The notes: a model not told the origin generated them from the sequence alone. DNA of 64,000 nucleotides from a virus (IMGVR_UViG_2602041781_000001:1767-65766); one strand, 5' to 3'. Numbered from the stretch's first letter, positions 53,350 to 61,094 are shown. Translations and numbers: made by a program.

Positions 53350-53919
53350 ATGAAACTGCACACCGACACGCTGACGATCTCGGATCTGCACGACGCCGTC
53401 GACTTCGTGAATGAGCACATCACCCGCGACGTGACACACCGGCCGATCGTCGGTGTGAGCCTGCACCGTGACTCACAGCACAACTCCAGGTCCCGGCGCC
53501 GCGCGTTCGATGTGATCCTGTCCGGTGATGCGTCCAGCCGGATCAATACCGGGTGGCGTGGCGGGCCGTCCGATGAGCCACACGCCGCGACGTGGGATCA
53601 ATGGGGAGCTTTCCTGTCTCGGTTGTTCGATGCCGACGACACGCTGACCATCCCGGGGATCTACGTCGACGCTGATCATTTCCGTTGGGCCACGTGCGAG
53701 CATTACAGCCCGGTGATCGGACTTGCCCCCGGCGCGCACTATCACCGGCGCCACGGCTGGACGCCGGTAGGCGATTCGGCCGCGGGCAGTTACGGCGTGT
53801 GGGTATGCGGCGACGGCGCGACAGTCGGCCGCGACAGTTGCGGCGCGGGTATGCGGCGGTTGTACACGCGCCGCTCGTGGGCCGATGTCCGCGAAGGATG
53901 GAAGGCCCTGAACTCGTGA
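53350..53919 (+). CDS. hypothetical protein
   Basis: GAAAGG RBS; SRSRRRAFDV.L.G and AATWDQWG.FL..LF motifs. Confidence 0.8.
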   Translation: MKLHTDTLTISDLHDAVDFVNEHITRDVTHRPIVGVSLHRDSQHNSRSRRRAFDVILSGDASSRINTGWRGGPSDEPHAATWDQWGAFLSRLFDADDTLTIPGIYVDADHFRWATCEHYSPVIGLAPGAHYHRRHGWTPVGDSAAGSYGVWVCGDGATVGRDSCGAGMRRLYTRRSWADVREGWKALNS

Positions 53920-54083
53920 GGGCGACCGAACGCCGCGCGCTGGCCCGCATCACCGCCGACGCACTATCCGGCGTCGTGCGTATCCCTGACGGCACACCGG
54001 CCTACTTCCAGGCCCTAGCAGAACTGCACACGGCACGCGCACACCGGCGCGCGCTGACACCCTCGAAAGGATCGAAGCGATGA
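53916..54083 (+). CDS. small hypothetical protein
   Basis: GTGA/ATGA coupled on both sides, 55 aa. Confidence 0.55.
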   Translation: MRATERRALARITADALSGVVRIPDGTPAYFQALAELHTARAHRRALTPSKGSKR

Positions 54084-54649
54084 GCAGCACACCGAAGTAC
54101 AGCGGGCCGGACTGGATCACCCGCGACGCCGATCTCATCGGCATGGACGTCGACGAGTACCGGACGGCCACGGCACTGGAAGCGGCGTGTGGACCGGGCC
54201 ACGCCGTGACCTACATCGATCGTGTCCAGTCGATTGTCCGCGGGTACCTGGACGCTCTGTTGTGGACGCAAGCCGATCACTCGCAAGGCGACGCCGACGA
54301 CCCGGAAGACACAACGTTGATGGACACCGGTTACACCGCCGATGACGTCGACGCGGACACGCGCGGCCGGATCACCGCCGAAGTGATGGCGATCATCACC
54401 GCGCACCCGCTGGCCGTGCGCATGTACGCCGCGCAACGCCGCCACAACGCCGCCGACGGCAACGTGTGGGAACACTTCGGCCATGACTTCCTGCTCACTC
54501 GCGACGGCCACGGCGCCGGTTTCTGGGATCGAGGTTTGGGGGATCTCGGCGACTACCTGACGACGATCGCGAAAGGCTACGGCGACCATGACGAGCTGTA
54601 CCCCGCGACGATCGACGGCCGCGACGTACTGACCGACGGCGGCGAGTAA
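54080..54649 (+). CDS. conserved-type phage hypothetical protein
   Basis: CGAAAGG RBS; GY..ALLW and GHDFLLTRDGHGAGFWDRG motifs. Confidence 0.85.
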   Translation: MSSTPKYSGPDWITRDADLIGMDVDEYRTATALEAACGPGHAVTYIDRVQSIVRGYLDALLWTQADHSQGDADDPEDTTLMDTGYTADDVDADTRGRITAEVMAIITAHPLAVRMYAAQRRHNAADGNVWEHFGHDFLLTRDGHGAGFWDRGLGDLGDYLTTIAKGYGDHDELYPATIDGRDVLTDGGE

Positions 54650-54716
54650 CCGATCTGACAACGCGCGTTGTCACATAGTGCCCCGACTCTGGCAACGGCG
54701 CCGGGGCACCGGTGTA

Positions 54717-54745
54717 TTGACGTCAACCCTCACATGCCGTAATGT
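54717..54745 (+). promoter_or_regulatory. promoter with TTGACGTCAA operator
   Basis: TTGACG-17 bp-TAATGT. Confidence 0.8.
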
Positions 54746-54783
54746 CTCACCTGTCAGCAGGAAACCCCACGAAAGGCCAGACC

Positions 54784-55314
54784 ATGAGCTTCCTTCCCGC
54801 ACCGATCGGACCCGTTGCCCCGACCGTCGTCGACGCCATCCGCGCGGAGATCGTCGCCGCCGATCGCGCGTACTCGAATAGCCTGGACAACCGGGTGCGC
54901 TGGAGCAACTTGGTTGCGGCCTACCGGACGGCGTACGCCGCGGCCGTCGACGCCGCTAACTCACTGGCACCCGGTGCCGACGATCTCGTCGACGAGCTGG
55001 AGCGTTGGGCCGACGAGATGGACGTTGTCCTAGCGTGGCCGCTGACCATGGGAATGGTCTACCGCGCGCTGGCCGCAAACGATTACGTGACCGACATGAC
55101 GCTACACACCACGATCACCGGCGCGCGATGGATTGCGATTGACGTCGACGAGAACGGCACGTTTGACGGATGGATCGACGCCGCGCCGTCGGACCCCGGC
55201 GTGGTCGTCGTGCGCGGTTTCGGTTCGCTCCAGGATCGACGGTTCATCGCCGAGACGCTGACCGATCTCGTCGACTATGTCGCCGGTCGTCTCGTCATGC
55301 GGTCAGCCATCTGA
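54784..55314 (+). CDS. hypothetical protein
   Basis: CGAAAGG RBS, ATG 54784. Confidence 0.75.
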   Translation: MSFLPAPIGPVAPTVVDAIRAEIVAADRAYSNSLDNRVRWSNLVAAYRTAYAAAVDAANSLAPGADDLVDELERWADEMDVVLAWPLTMGMVYRALAANDYVTDMTLHTTITGARWIAIDVDENGTFDGWIDAAPSDPGVVVVRGFGSLQDRRFIAETLTDLVDYVAGRLVMRSAI

Positions 55315-55369
55315 CAACGTTGGTAGTCGGTTGCCCCGGTCCAGGTCAGCGGGCCGGGGTATCGTCGGC

Positions 55370-55398
55370 TTGACGTCAAGTCTGACTTACCGTAATGT
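55370..55398 (+). promoter_or_regulatory. promoter with TTGACGTCAA operator
   Basis: TTGACG-17 bp-TAATGT. Confidence 0.8.
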
Positions 55399-55436
55399 CT
55401 CTCTTGTCAGACACCGACACCGACGAAAGGCCAGCC

Positions 55437-55550
55437 ATGTACCTGCTCCAGACGGCAACCGAGACCATCGCCTACGCCACCTATGAACTGGCCCGGGCTG
55501 CACAACTCGCGCACCCGGACCGCGCCGGATCGTCCATCACCGCGGCCTAA
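55437..55550 (+). CDS. 37-aa microprotein (not in the ORF track)
   Basis: Own promoter, CGAAAGG RBS, MYLLQTATETIAYATYELARAAQLAHPDRAGSSITAA, downstream hairpin. Confidence 0.7.
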   Translation: MYLLQTATETIAYATYELARAAQLAHPDRAGSSITAA

Positions 55551-55639
55551 CGGCCCGGCCGGGTGGCCGCTGCACCGGCGGCCACCCGCACAACTGACCA
55601 CAATCGTGGTCAGATCGATTACCCCGAAAGGATCTCGAC

Positions 55640-55909
55640 ATGGAAGACAACGCAACTCCGGCGGCCACCCGGCGGCCGATGGCACGGCACCGGCGGGCCA
55701 CACACGCCTACCGGGACACGCTCATCGGCCCGCGTCAGTTGCCGATCACCCGCGGCTACACCGGCCGGTACCGCTGGAGCGTTCGCACCGACGGCGACGC
55801 CGTACTCGTGTCGGCTCACGTCGCCGGTACTGACCGGCGGGTGCCGGTGGCCGATCTGCCCAACTATGTCGCGGCGGCCATCCTGGAGGCCATCGCAACC
55901 GACATCTGA
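55640..55909 (+). CDS. hypothetical protein
   Basis: CGAAAGGA RBS. Confidence 0.7.
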   Translation: MEDNATPAATRRPMARHRRATHAYRDTLIGPRQLPITRGYTGRYRWSVRTDGDAVLVSAHVAGTDRRVPVADLPNYVAAAILEAIATDI

Positions 55910-55954
55910 CGACACCCGTTGTCAGATCGACACTCCCCGAAAGGATTTCGCACC

Positions 55955-56215
55955 ATGAACACGAAAGTAACCGGGCTGACGCTGGCCAACACGAGAGCGC
56001 TGGACGACGCCGTACACTACGGCCACCTGTCCGGCGTCCAGATCACTCGCACGACGGCGACGTTCACCGGGACACCGGCCGAAGCGCTGAAACGCCTGGA
56101 CGCCGCGCGCAACGCACTAGCGGCCACGTTCGGCACGCGCGGCCATCCGGTGGCGTCCATTCCGGCCGTCCGGCGAAAGCTCGTCGCGGCGCGTGATCTG
56201 GAGGGCCAGCGATGA
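55955..56215 (+). CDS. hypothetical protein
   Basis: CGAAAGGA RBS, ATG 55955. Confidence 0.75.
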   Translation: MNTKVTGLTLANTRALDDAVHYGHLSGVQITRTTATFTGTPAEALKRLDAARNALAATFGTRGHPVASIPAVRRKLVAARDLEGQR

Positions 56216-56487
56216 GCCACACCGACGACGCCGGGACGTTCCGGTTTCGGTGCCAGTCATGCGGTGATCGCACCGTGACCGATGCGCTGGCCGCCCGGTG
56301 TGACCGGTGCGTGTCGACGGCGGCCGAAGCGCTCACACGGCCACTACCGGACACCGGGCTGTACCGGGCCATGGATAGCGGCCACCGCAACCGGCACGGC
56401 CACGGCCTACTGGCACACCTGGAGTCGACAGACGGCGGCCTGCTCTGGTCTGTCGTGACCGACTGTTGTCGCCGGACCGCTGACTGA
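56212..56487 (+). CDS. small zinc-finger-like protein
   Basis: CQSC...CDRC; GGAGG RBS. Confidence 0.65.
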   Translation: MSHTDDAGTFRFRCQSCGDRTVTDALAARCDRCVSTAAEALTRPLPDTGLYRAMDSGHRNRHGHGLLAHLESTDGGLLWSVVTDCCRRTAD

Positions 56488-56499
56488 CCGTCTGCCACG

Positions 56500-56543
56500 A
56501 GATCCCCGGGACACCCTCACACGGTGCCCGGGGATCTCTGTTG
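56500..56543 (+). terminator. terminator ending the rightward small-gene cassette
   Basis: AGATCCCCGGG...CCCGGGGATCT followed by CTGTT. Confidence 0.7.
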
Positions 56544-56628
56544 TGTGCTGTGTGGCCATCTGGTGGCGCGTGGCGCGTGTCCTCGTCGGCGGGTAGGGGT
56601 GTCCAGGGATAGGGGTCTCTCAGGACAC

Positions 56629-56644
56629 TCGAATATGCGTTCGA
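56629..56644. promoter_or_regulatory. LexA-like box at the edge of the AT-rich island
   Basis: TCGAAT ATGC GTTCGA. Confidence 0.55.
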
Positions 56645-56955
56645 TGAAATTTTGAAACGTTTCAATTTTCTGCCATAGGGAAGGCCCTAGGGGATATGTA
56701 TATGAATGGAAAAATTTATTTGTGTGGATTTATTTATTTGTGCAGATGTGCATATGTGGGGATATATCTAGGGTATGGGGTAGGGGTCCCATATAGGGGT
56801 ATATATGCATATCACATTAATATATACATATCTATTAATATATTCATAATAAATGTTGAAAGAATAAATTATTGAAACGTTTCAATTGACGCCAATAGAT
56901 ACATGCATATGCATTTGATTGATGGATGGTTTCTCATTCATTCATTCATCAATCG
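56645..56955. other. non-coding AT-rich island bracketed by TTGAAACGTTTCAA palindromes
   Basis: Strongly AT-rich in a GC-rich genome; palindromes at 56652-56665 and 56872-56885. Confidence 0.9.
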
Positions 56956-57292
56956 ATGAGGGGTAGGGGTAGGTGCAGCGCTGGAATGCGTTGCGACGGT
57001 GATGCATAGGGGTATGGCATGGCATCGATGTGTGATTGCTGGAGATCGGCGGTGCGTGGCGTGTGCGACGAGATCCATTGTGCGGCTGGAGGTGTGACGA
57101 GTGTGTGACTGGAGTGACATGGACGTATCGGCGGCTGTAATGGACGCTGACGCCGTGGTGTGTGCTCGTGGTGTGTTGGTGTGCCTGGAGGCGTGGCGGC
57201 GCGTGTGCGTGGCCCTGAGCTGGCAGTATGGCGTGGCGTCGACGACTGACGGCCCGGGGGTCCACCCCTCCCCGGGCCTTGCGACCGGGGCA

Positions 57293-57302
57293 CGCCGCGT
57301 AC
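57293..57302. other. candidate cos site (10-nt 3' overhang CGCCGCGTAC)
   Basis: Non-coding, about 120 bp upstream of TerS; HNH+TerL packaging; matches my recollection of the cluster CR Gordonia phage overhang (unverified). Confidence 0.6.
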
Positions 57303-57330
57303 TGTCCTCGAAAATGCGTACGGGTCCCCG

Positions 57331-57346
57331 TCGAAAACCCGTTCGA
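57331..57346. promoter_or_regulatory. LexA-like box between cos and terS
   Basis: TCGAAA ACCC GTTCGA. Confidence 0.5.
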
Positions 57347-57423
57347 TCGGCATTTCGATCGGGGTTCACCCCCTAGACTGGTCATGCGTTTCCTGGCCCC
57401 CAGATGCACGAGGAGAGCCCTAC

Positions 57424-57987
57424 ATGCCCGGACCCACAGCCAAGCCTGTCGGCACCACAGCCCGCAGGAACAAGACCTCGACCAAGGCCGTCCTGAGCAC
57501 GGTCGTCGACCACGACATTCCGACGCTTCCACCCGCGGAGGAGTGGCTCCAGACCATCGAGGAGTTCACCGTGGCCGCCATGGCCGACGCTCCACCGCCA
57601 GAGCATCGTGACTGGCCAGAGCCGGTCAAGCGCTGGTGGAACGACATCTGGTCATCCCCGATGAGCAACGAGTTCGTCCACTCCGACATCCACGGTCTCT
57701 ACCTGGCCTGCTTCTACATGGCTCAGGTGCTCAACCCGGCGCTGAAGATGAGCGATCGGATCTCGGCGTCGAAGGCCTACGAGACTCAGGTCCGCAACTT
57801 CGGCCTGAACCCGATGAGCCGCCGGACCCTCCAGTGGGAGATCGAGCGGACCGAGGAAGCACTGGCCAAGGGAGAGGCCCGCAGACGCCGTGCTGCCACC
57901 GATCCGACCGCGGCCGAGCCCGCGAGACCAGATCCCCGCCGTCGCGACGAGAGCGGGATGCAGAACCCCTTCACGGTCGTCAAGTAG
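57424..57987 (+). CDS. terS: terminase small subunit
   Basis: MPGP..K...RRN, W.....WW..IW.SPM...F..SD, FGL.PM.RR.LQW motifs; AGGAG RBS. Confidence 0.85.
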   Translation: MPGPTAKPVGTTARRNKTSTKAVLSTVVDHDIPTLPPAEEWLQTIEEFTVAAMADAPPPEHRDWPEPVKRWWNDIWSSPMSNEFVHSDIHGLYLACFYMAQVLNPALKMSDRISASKAYETQVRNFGLNPMSRRTLQWEIERTEEALAKGEARRRRAATDPTAAEPARPDPRRRDESGMQNPFTVVK

Positions 57988-58022
57988 GCTCGACCCCGGA
58001 CGACATCGCCAGCGTCCCGCAG

Positions 58023-58054
58023 GACCCCTTCGACACTCCCCCGTCGGAGGGGTC
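58023..58054 (+). terminator. hairpin after terS
   Basis: GACCCCT.CGAC/GTCG.AGGGGTC followed by TTGT. Confidence 0.55.
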
Positions 58055-58505
58055 TTGTCGTATCCGGACAACACCGCACACCCCCGGCTTTTGTCACTTT
58101 CCTACAAAAATCGGGTCCCGGAGCTGTCCGCGGATGTAGTATTTTTGTCGAAACCGCTCAGAAACACGCTCTGATTAGGGATTTTCACGAAATGTAGTAC
58201 CCCTCTGTGAATTACCATACTACATTTTTACTTACATCGATTTCGGCCTGACCAGCGGGTTTCACTACCCCGAGTACGTTGAGTCGATTCAGACTACGGG
58301 TCACGCCGTAGGAGGAGGGGTGGAAATGCACCCCCTCTGTACATGAACTCTGACATCAGTGGCCCACCGACAGGCCGACATGTAAGAATTGACCGGCAAA
58401 TCTAGCTTTGACACTAGGCTGACCCAAACTATTATTTCTACTCAGCATACTACAAGAGTGAAAAGAGCTGGTCAGGGATCTGCTAGAATGACTTTTACCC
58501 GTTTT

Positions 58506-58535
58506 CAAACGTACTCAAACGTACTCAAACGTACT
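58506..58535. repeat. CAAACGTACT x3 tandem repeat
   Basis: Three perfect 10-mers just upstream of a promoter. Confidence 0.9.
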
Positions 58536-58557
58536 ACACCCAGACTCCTTGCCAGGG

Positions 58558-58586
58558 TTGACAATCAATCCTGACGTGGGTATGCT
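58558..58586 (+). promoter_or_regulatory. SigA-type promoter
   Basis: TTGACA-17 bp-TATGCT. Confidence 0.8.
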
Positions 58587-58640
58587 CGATGTCAGACCTG
58601 GTCGACAGACCCCCGTTTCCTTTGTAGGGAGCCCACAAAA

Positions 58641-59051
58641 GTGATCGAGCCCGTCCGGCACTACACGACCGCGAGACCTCGCCGCCGACCCGGCGCCCGG
58701 ATCGTCTGCGACACCCCGTCGTGCCCCCGCAAGACCTACCTCCAGCCCGAGACCGAGGAACAGTCCAAGGAGCTGTCTCCGGGCTCCCCGCCGGGGCCGT
58801 GGGTGACCCAACGACTCCTCGCTCGGAAATGGTCGGTGGCGAACACGGTCGGCACGTATTGCCCCGAACACACCGTCGTTGTTCCCGACGCCGAAGAACG
58901 GGTCACCATGGGCCGTTCCGAGGCCGCCAGAGCGCGCCACGCCGAGCACCGCCGCAATATCCAGGAACAGATCGCGAAGGCCGACCGAAAACGCGAACAG
59001 AGCCGCCAGAGAAGCAATCGCTACAACGCCAAGAAACGAGGCAACAAATGA
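58641..59051 (+). CDS. hypothetical protein (CD..SC...YCPEH)
   Basis: AGGGAG RBS; basic coiled C-terminus. Confidence 0.7.
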   Translation: MIEPVRHYTTARPRRRPGARIVCDTPSCPRKTYLQPETEEQSKELSPGSPPGPWVTQRLLARKWSVANTVGTYCPEHTVVVPDAEERVTMGRSEAARARHAEHRRNIQEQIAKADRKREQSRQRSNRYNAKKRGNK

Positions 59052-60553
59052 CCGACGAACGTATAATCCCCGAGGAAAAGTCGCGCCGAGCGACGACGCT
59101 GAATCTGATCACTGCGACGCTCGCCAGTGCGGCCGTTCAGTCCGAGAATGCCTCCCGCGAGAGGGGCTGGGAGCGATTCGCTCAGATGGTGCTCGACAAC
59201 CCGAAGCTGATCATCTTCAGCGACAACTGGCTGACCGACGAAGAGGTCGCCGCGATCTACGCCGCCAGCCGGGACCCGAAGCTGCGCGTCGACGTCCGAC
59301 CGTGGGACGCCGACCAGGGGCTCGTGAAGACCGCGCAGGACACGGAGCGGCTCCAGAAGTGGATGGAGGCTCACCTGCCCGGCGACCAGGCCAAGCGCAC
59401 CCCGTCGACGGCCGACAGCGCGATCATGGCCATGGACGAGATGTTCCGAGAGGTCGCCGCCGCCAAGAGCGCGAAACAGGGGATTGATCGGCTCTCGATC
59501 TGGATCGCTCATCACGTCCCGGCCGGAGAGCAGGCGTGGACCGGCAACCCGGTCGACACCACGATCGGCCTGCTGGAGAGGTGGAAAATGCTCGACGAGG
59601 AGAACCGGTCGCTGTCGATCCGCGTCGACGATGCGGAGGCGCAGGCCGCGGCCGCCGACCAACAGATGCGCGCCGCGTCCGAGCGACTCGACCGTCTCCA
59701 GCGGTGGCTGATGCTGGAGTTCGGCGACGTTCTCGGGGCCGACGAGGGACCGGTGGACAACGCGATCTACATCATCGAGGAGCTGCGCGAGAAGTACCGC
59801 AACGCCGACGAGGCAAAGACCAACGCCGACGAGGCAAAGACCGAGATCTCGGTCGAGCGCAACCGATTCCGGGAGCAGTTGGAGGAGCTGGAGAAGCTGC
59901 GATCCGAGGTCCGGCAGCGCGCCGCCGAGGCCAAGATCCCGCCGCAGAGCATCGAGGACGCGAAGCGCGAGGCGATCCGCAAGCTCGCCGACGGCGTGCC
60001 GGTCGAGGAGGCTTTCGGCAAGGAGAAGCTCGGCCGGAACAACCGGTTCGCCGGGGTCCGGTCCGTCTCAACCCTCCTCGGTGAGCTGGCGGGTGCGGCC
60101 AGCATGTGCTGGGAGAACGTCATCGCGGCCGGGGAGTTTGACTCGACCAAGGCCAAGGAGATCGTTGAGGAGGCCCTGGAGCAGCTCGCGGAGATCCATT
60201 CCGAGATCACCGCTGCCGAGGACATCGACGACGACCAGGTCGCCGAGGCCGCAGCTCTCTACAACGCGATCTGGGACCCGCGGCTGTGGCGCTCGCGGAA
60301 GCCGAAGACGGTCGGCACGATGCTCGATCCGATCAACGACCTGACGCACTCGGCGCAGGCCTTCATCGGTGGGTACGGCACCGACGCGGGGAAGCTGTTC
60401 ATGTTCACCGACCCCCAGGAGACGACGAACGAGCTGTTGAGGACGGTCGCCGATCGCATGGGGGAGCTGGTCTCGACGGTGAAGTCGATCGCCGGTGGGT
60501 CGTCGGTGACGGTGGACACGACGTTCGACAACGGGCCGAAGGAGCCGACGTGA
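59048..60553 (+). CDS. coiled-coil protein with three internal helical repeats
   Basis: ERLQKWM, DRLSIWI, DRLQRWL repeats; GAASMCW motif. Confidence 0.8.
   Translation: MTDERIIPEEKSRRATTLNLITATLASAAVQSENASRERGWERFAQMVLDNPKLIIFSDNWLTDEEVAAIYAASRDPKLRVDVRPWDADQGLVKTAQDTERLQKWMEAHLPGDQAKRTPSTADSAIMAMDEMFREVAAAKSAKQGIDRLSIWIAHHVPAGEQAWTGNPVDTTIGLLERWKMLDEENRSLSIRVDDAEAQAAAADQQMRAASERLDRLQRWLMLEFGDVLGADEGPVDNAIYIIEELREKYRNADEAKTNADEAKTEISVERNRFREQLEELEKLRSEVRQRAAEAKIPPQSIEDAKREAIRKLADGVPVEEAFGKEKLGRNNRFAGVRSVSTLLGELAGAASMCWENVIAAGEFDSTKAKEIVEEALEQLAEIHSEITAAEDIDDDQVAEAAALYNAIWDPRLWRSRKPKTVGTMLDPINDLTHSAQAFIGGYGTDAGKLFMFTDPQETTNELLRTVADRMGELVSTVKSIAGGSSVTVDTTFDNGPKEPT
59800..59841 (+). repeat. 21-bp in-frame duplication (NADEAKT x2)
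   Basis: CAACGCCGACGAGGCAAAGAC twice. Confidence 0.9.
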
Positions 60554-60813
60554 GCCAGGTCAAGTTCGAGACGGAGTACCAGAAGGCCCGGATGTGCGGC
60601 TTCAACGTGCGGGTCGGCGCCGAAGTCGCGAACAGCGCTCTTATCGGAGGGCCGGAGATCGGCGTGGTGACCATGACGGCGCCATTGACCGCTCGGGGGT
60701 ACCTGCGCTTTTACCTGCTGTTGTGCGGGTGGATCTGCGACGAGTGCGGGTCGCGCGTGACGGTGGCGAAGTTCCACGAGCACGCCAGCGGGCGAAAGGC
60801 GTGCGGGGGATGA
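60550..60813 (+). CDS. small zinc-finger-like protein
   Basis: AAGGAG RBS; CDECG...H..H. Confidence 0.6.
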   Translation: MSQVKFETEYQKARMCGFNVRVGAEVANSALIGGPEIGVVTMTAPLTARGYLRFYLLLCGWICDECGSRVTVAKFHEHASGRKACGG

Positions 60814-61094
60814 GCTACAAGACCAAGGTCACGTTCTACTGCGACGCCGTCGACTGCCAGGTGAACCAGACCTTCGTGCTCGTCGGCGTCGGCTACGGCG
60901 GGGCCTGGCGGGCTCAGAAGGGCAACGGGGTCGTCGAGCCGGTCACGAAGATCCTGACCAAGGACATGGGCTGGACGATGGGTCTCGGCCGGTCGGGGGA
61001 CCAGATCTCTCGTCGGCCGGACTCGATCGCCACGTTCTGTCCGCGCCACGGCGGTCGGGAGTCGGTCTCGACATCCGGGTTGACACCAATCTGA
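60810..61094 (+). CDS. hypothetical protein (CD..DC...FCPRH)
   Basis: ATGA-coupled; Cys pattern similar to the 58641 ORF. Confidence 0.7.
   Translation: MSYKTKVTFYCDAVDCQVNQTFVLVGVGYGGAWRAQKGNGVVEPVTKILTKDMGWTMGLGRSGDQISRRPDSIATFCPRHGGRESVSTSGLTPI

Noticed and set aside
56938-57532. ORFs in the GT-rich tract near cos
   Set aside because: Low-complexity translations, atypical codon use, no RBS, and several span the candidate cos.
57990-58620. tRNA genes in non-coding regions
   Set aside because: No cloverleaf with a T-loop GTTCRA and acceptor stem recognised by eye; tRNAscan-SE or ARAGORN would confirm.
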